From Macrostomum lignano (lineage: Eukaryota): 64,000 nucleotides of DNA. The stretch spans positions 1-64,000 of the forward strand of contig NIVC01002974.1 in the NCBI GenBank assembly GCA_002269645.1, read 5' to 3'. The notes below the pieces were generated by a model. The model was not told where the DNA came from. It saw only the letters and a list, made by a program, of their open reading frames with translations, and did no database searches. The translations under genes were made by a program, and so were the position numbers. Each line of letters begins with the position of its first letter. Positions within the stretch are counted from its first letter, which is position 1. This document shows, one piece after another, positions 60,821 to 64,000 of this stretch.

Positions 60821-62029
60821 TGTAGTGTGAGCATCTTTTGCGTGGGTTTTGTTAGTTGGTTGATTGTGTTGGTTTCTATATTGTTATTGAGTTATTATTT
60901 TGCTTTAATTTAGTCACGTTTTCAATGTACTTTTCTTGTTAGTTAAAATCTATAATTGTAAACAGGTTAGAAGTCAGACGCCGAATCTGTGACTCAGCGG
61001 AGGGTTGAGTTTTCTGCGAACCCCAGCTTTGTGCGTCCAGCCAATCAGAACCCGCCTGGACCCTGGCACGCGGCAAGTTCCAGTTCTACCCGGCGCCGCG
61101 GGCACAGTGCGATTCAGCTTAGCAAGCGGCCGGCCAGACGACCACCATCCGGCTTGAGGGGGGGGGGGTTTGAGGGGTTTGACTCTGACTATATATGAAA
61201 GTGTGTTTGGCAATCAAATCTCACTTCTTCTCCTTCTCCCTTTTTCCCGGTCCTTGGTTTTGTTCAGCTTCCCGGCCGGTGGCCTGTTTTCCTTTTTGGT
61301 TCGCGCTTTGAGGCTTTTTGATTTCGTCACCCCCGGTCCATACTTTGTTCCCCGCCCAACCGCTTCAGTCTTGTGGCGTAACGTCTACGGCAAATCCTTG
61401 TCTGAAGTCGTCGCTGTCAAGCGCGGTTAGATAGAGACTGTCGGATCTGATCAATTACGCGGCCTCGACCCCGAGGGCCTCAGTGTCACACTGAAGGGCA
61501 GTGCCGATAGAACTTAGTCGGTGATTCCGTTGAACGGTTGGTTCGGCAGGGCTCTCGTTCAAGTGTAGGTTCTGGCTTAGGCCACGGGTTAGGAGTCTTT
61601 CTCCGTGGTCCCGTGTTCGGTGTCTTTCTTTCTTCTTCTTTAAGTTGAGATCTGCTTACCAGTTGCGTAATCTAATTATTATTATTAACCGTTATCGTCG
61701 TTTTGTCAAGTCTAATCATCTGCGCCGCGAATTGCTTAGAATCTTGTAACTATTGAATGTGTCAAATTAAACCGTCAAGTCAATTGCTTATTAGCTATTC
61801 TAATAGGATTATCACTCTCTAAATCTATTCGGTTCGTGTTCCCTCGTGTTCCTTCTTTTCTTGTACTGTACCTGTGACTATTGGAAAAAGACTGGTAGGA
61901 CTCGCCGACCGGCGATAGGCAATTAGGGCCAATAGCTTTAAAATCTCTGACGCTCCAAAAACAGGTTTGTCTAGGGCCTAAATAATTGCTTACCGTGCAT
62001 GCTATTTATCTAATTGCCTTTTTATCACA
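60821..62029 (+). mobile_element. Solo LTR (1209 bp), same family as 55108-56265, opposite orientation
   Basis: TGTAGTG...TTATCACA; 4-bp TSD CTCC (60817-20 and 62030-33). Confidence 0.9.
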
Positions 62030-62933
62030 CTCCTTCGTCGGGGCATTCACTTTGCCACTCTCTCGCTCCTCGTTCGGGACATCGTTCATTTGATGTCCAT
62101 ATCCTATATATCTATCCACTACTTAGAAGCATTTTTAAGGAAAAATACATTTTCCTTCTGTAAAGTTCTAGACCCTCCTAAAGACACTTTAAAAAAAATT
62201 TTGTATTTTAGTCTGCGTCAAGTGAGTCAGAGTCAGTGGCTCAAACCAAAAGGGTACCTATATATATTTTGCACTACTCAATGCTACTATTTAGTATCTT
62301 TCTTAGACGTACCCCTCTAGAGATATTTTAACACTCTTATTAATTACTCCATAATTTTGCAGTATAACTTTGTTTTTACCACTGACTCATGAATCTGACT
62401 CACCTTTAAAAAAATTTAAATATAACTTATTATTATAAAACCCCCCCTCTTAAGATAATTTTTAACCCTAAATAAAAACTTAATTTTAAGTGTCCCAAGT
62501 AGAGTAAAACTTTTTCAGGATTTTGTAAAACTAATTTTAAGTTAGTACTCTCTCAAAGAGTCTATTGTACTCTAAAGGAGGAACTACGTTGCCTATACGT
62601 AAATCCAACATCAGTAATAGTACATTTTGGATGAAGGGAGAACTTACAGTCCTCTGTACAGCTTCTATTGTTCTCAAAAAGGGGAACTTCCCCGCAGCTT
62701 CTATTGTACTCAGGAAAGGGGAACTATGTTTGCCTATATACGGGGATCCAACAGTACTCAAAATCTCTTACCCAATCTAGTTGCTATTGAAAACAATTTC
62801 ATTCTCTCCATAGTGTCTATTGTATAATACACTGAGAAAAATTTCTAGAGCTTTTTAGGCAATTTCTAGGCAAGAGACTAACATGGAGAAATACGAAGAA
62901 CTTTTTCATATGTTATTTAGAAGCACAGATATA

Positions 62934-64000
62934 TGATGTGTTTGGAAATGAAATCGTAGTGTTAATTCGTAAAGTAATTTGTATATTTATTTTCACTCCG
63001 AAGAGTGGAATCGTAAGCAAGCGCAGTTCTGAGAAAACAAAGTTCGTCTGGGCCGTCTCTCTTTCAAGAGAGCAAACGTTAGGAGGTTAGGCCATAGATG
63101 TGCTTCGACTAAACCACACATCATCTTCCCCCTCCTCAAGAGAGTCTCATTCTTATAGTTCTTCGATTAGCCGTCTTGGGGGTATGCCTTTATTCATTCG
63201 ACCAGATCGCCGGGCTTGCGGGTGCTGGACCCTTGTGGTGGGCTCCAGGTCAATGTTGACCGTCGACGCCTGGGCCGGCCTGAAGGGAACCAGGTTCCGT
63301 GCAGTCCAAACTTTTCCATTGTCGAGGCGATAGGTGAATCTGCCCAAAACTTCTTGAATGAGGAAGGGTGACGTAAATGGTGATTTGCCTTTCGGCACAT
63401 GTGGGAGTCGGATGCGCACCATGTCGCCCAGTTTGAAATGTTGCCGAGTACTCGTTCCCGCTCCAGTTGCTTTCGGGTCGCTAGAATCGCAGCTCTTTAG
63501 CTCCTCCGCAATTGGCTTCTCAATTTCTAGTTTACGGGGCTGAAACTTTGTTCGGATATCCCGCCCTAGCAGCAGTCGTGCTGGTGAGTCGCCGTCTTCG
63601 TTAGGCGTCGTCCGATAGCTGCAGATGACTTGCTGCATTCCCTCTTCGAAGCTTCTCTTATCCGCTTCAAAGGTTTGCGCAGCATGCTTAAGTGTCCGGT
63701 TAAAAACTTCTACTTTACCATTTCTTCTTGGCTCATATAGCGGAACGCAGTCATGCCTGATGTCGCGCGAAGCGAGGAAGTTTTTCATTTCAGTGGAGAC
63801 GAAGCTGCTTCCATTGTCGGACACCAGGACATCCGGGTTTCCAAAACGGTCGAATGTTTCCGTCAGCCACTTGATAATCTTCGCCGATCTGATGTCTCCA
63901 GTCAGGAGAATTTCTGGGTAAGACGAGTAGTAGTCTATCAAGGCAACAATAAATCGCTGAGTTTGAGGAGCTATCGCGAATGGGCCAGAGATGTCGATTG
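62934..64000 (-). mobile_element. 3' end of a Mag-like Gypsy element: integrase (63153..63941 and beyond), PPT and 190-bp 3' LTR (62934-63123)
   Basis: IDYYSSYP...VSDNGSSF...NGKVEVFNRT; PPT GAGGAGGGGGAAGA; LTR termini TGATGTG/CACATCA. Confidence 0.9.

Noticed and set aside
1-64000. tRNA genes, or a bacterial origin of the window
   Set aside because: No cloverleaf was found; rRNA type, spliceosomal introns and transposon content are eukaryotic.

Overview
Repeat-dense animal nuclear DNA. Evidence: eukaryotic 18S/5.8S/28S fragments and GT-AG introns; the host may be a free-living flatworm, which is an inference only. Bases 1-10410 are a Polinton/Maverick (adintovirus-like) endogenous DNA virus with TIRs ending ACTACT. 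It encodes protein-primed PolB, cupiennin-like core proteins, a GasderminX-like ORF, an HNH-like nuclease and a PLA2-integrase fusion, but no recognisable capsid, protease or ATPase genes. The main finding is a 303-nt IC1-type group I intron (8068-8370; P1-P10 traced by hand, including P5abc). It splits the conserved TG|PGT calcium-loop motif of the PLA2-integrase gene, carries an in-frame stop, ends in A rather than the usual omega-G, and lies just downstream of a free-standing HNH-like ORF. The rest of the window is mostly nested transposons: Mag/Gypsy LTR elements (one intact with identical LTRs, one with a cold-shock domain in Gag), Tc1/mariner derivatives, a Jockey/I-like LINE, R2-clade fragments (one joined to 18S rDNA), Crypton-like fragments and a second Polinton remnant with the packaging ATPase. 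It also holds a Penelope-type hammerhead ribozyme, minisatellites, a broken rDNA unit, a disrupted hillarin/KY-like gene and a candidate 8-cysteine defensin-like peptide gene. Coordinates were read by eye and may be off by a few bases at degenerate boundaries.
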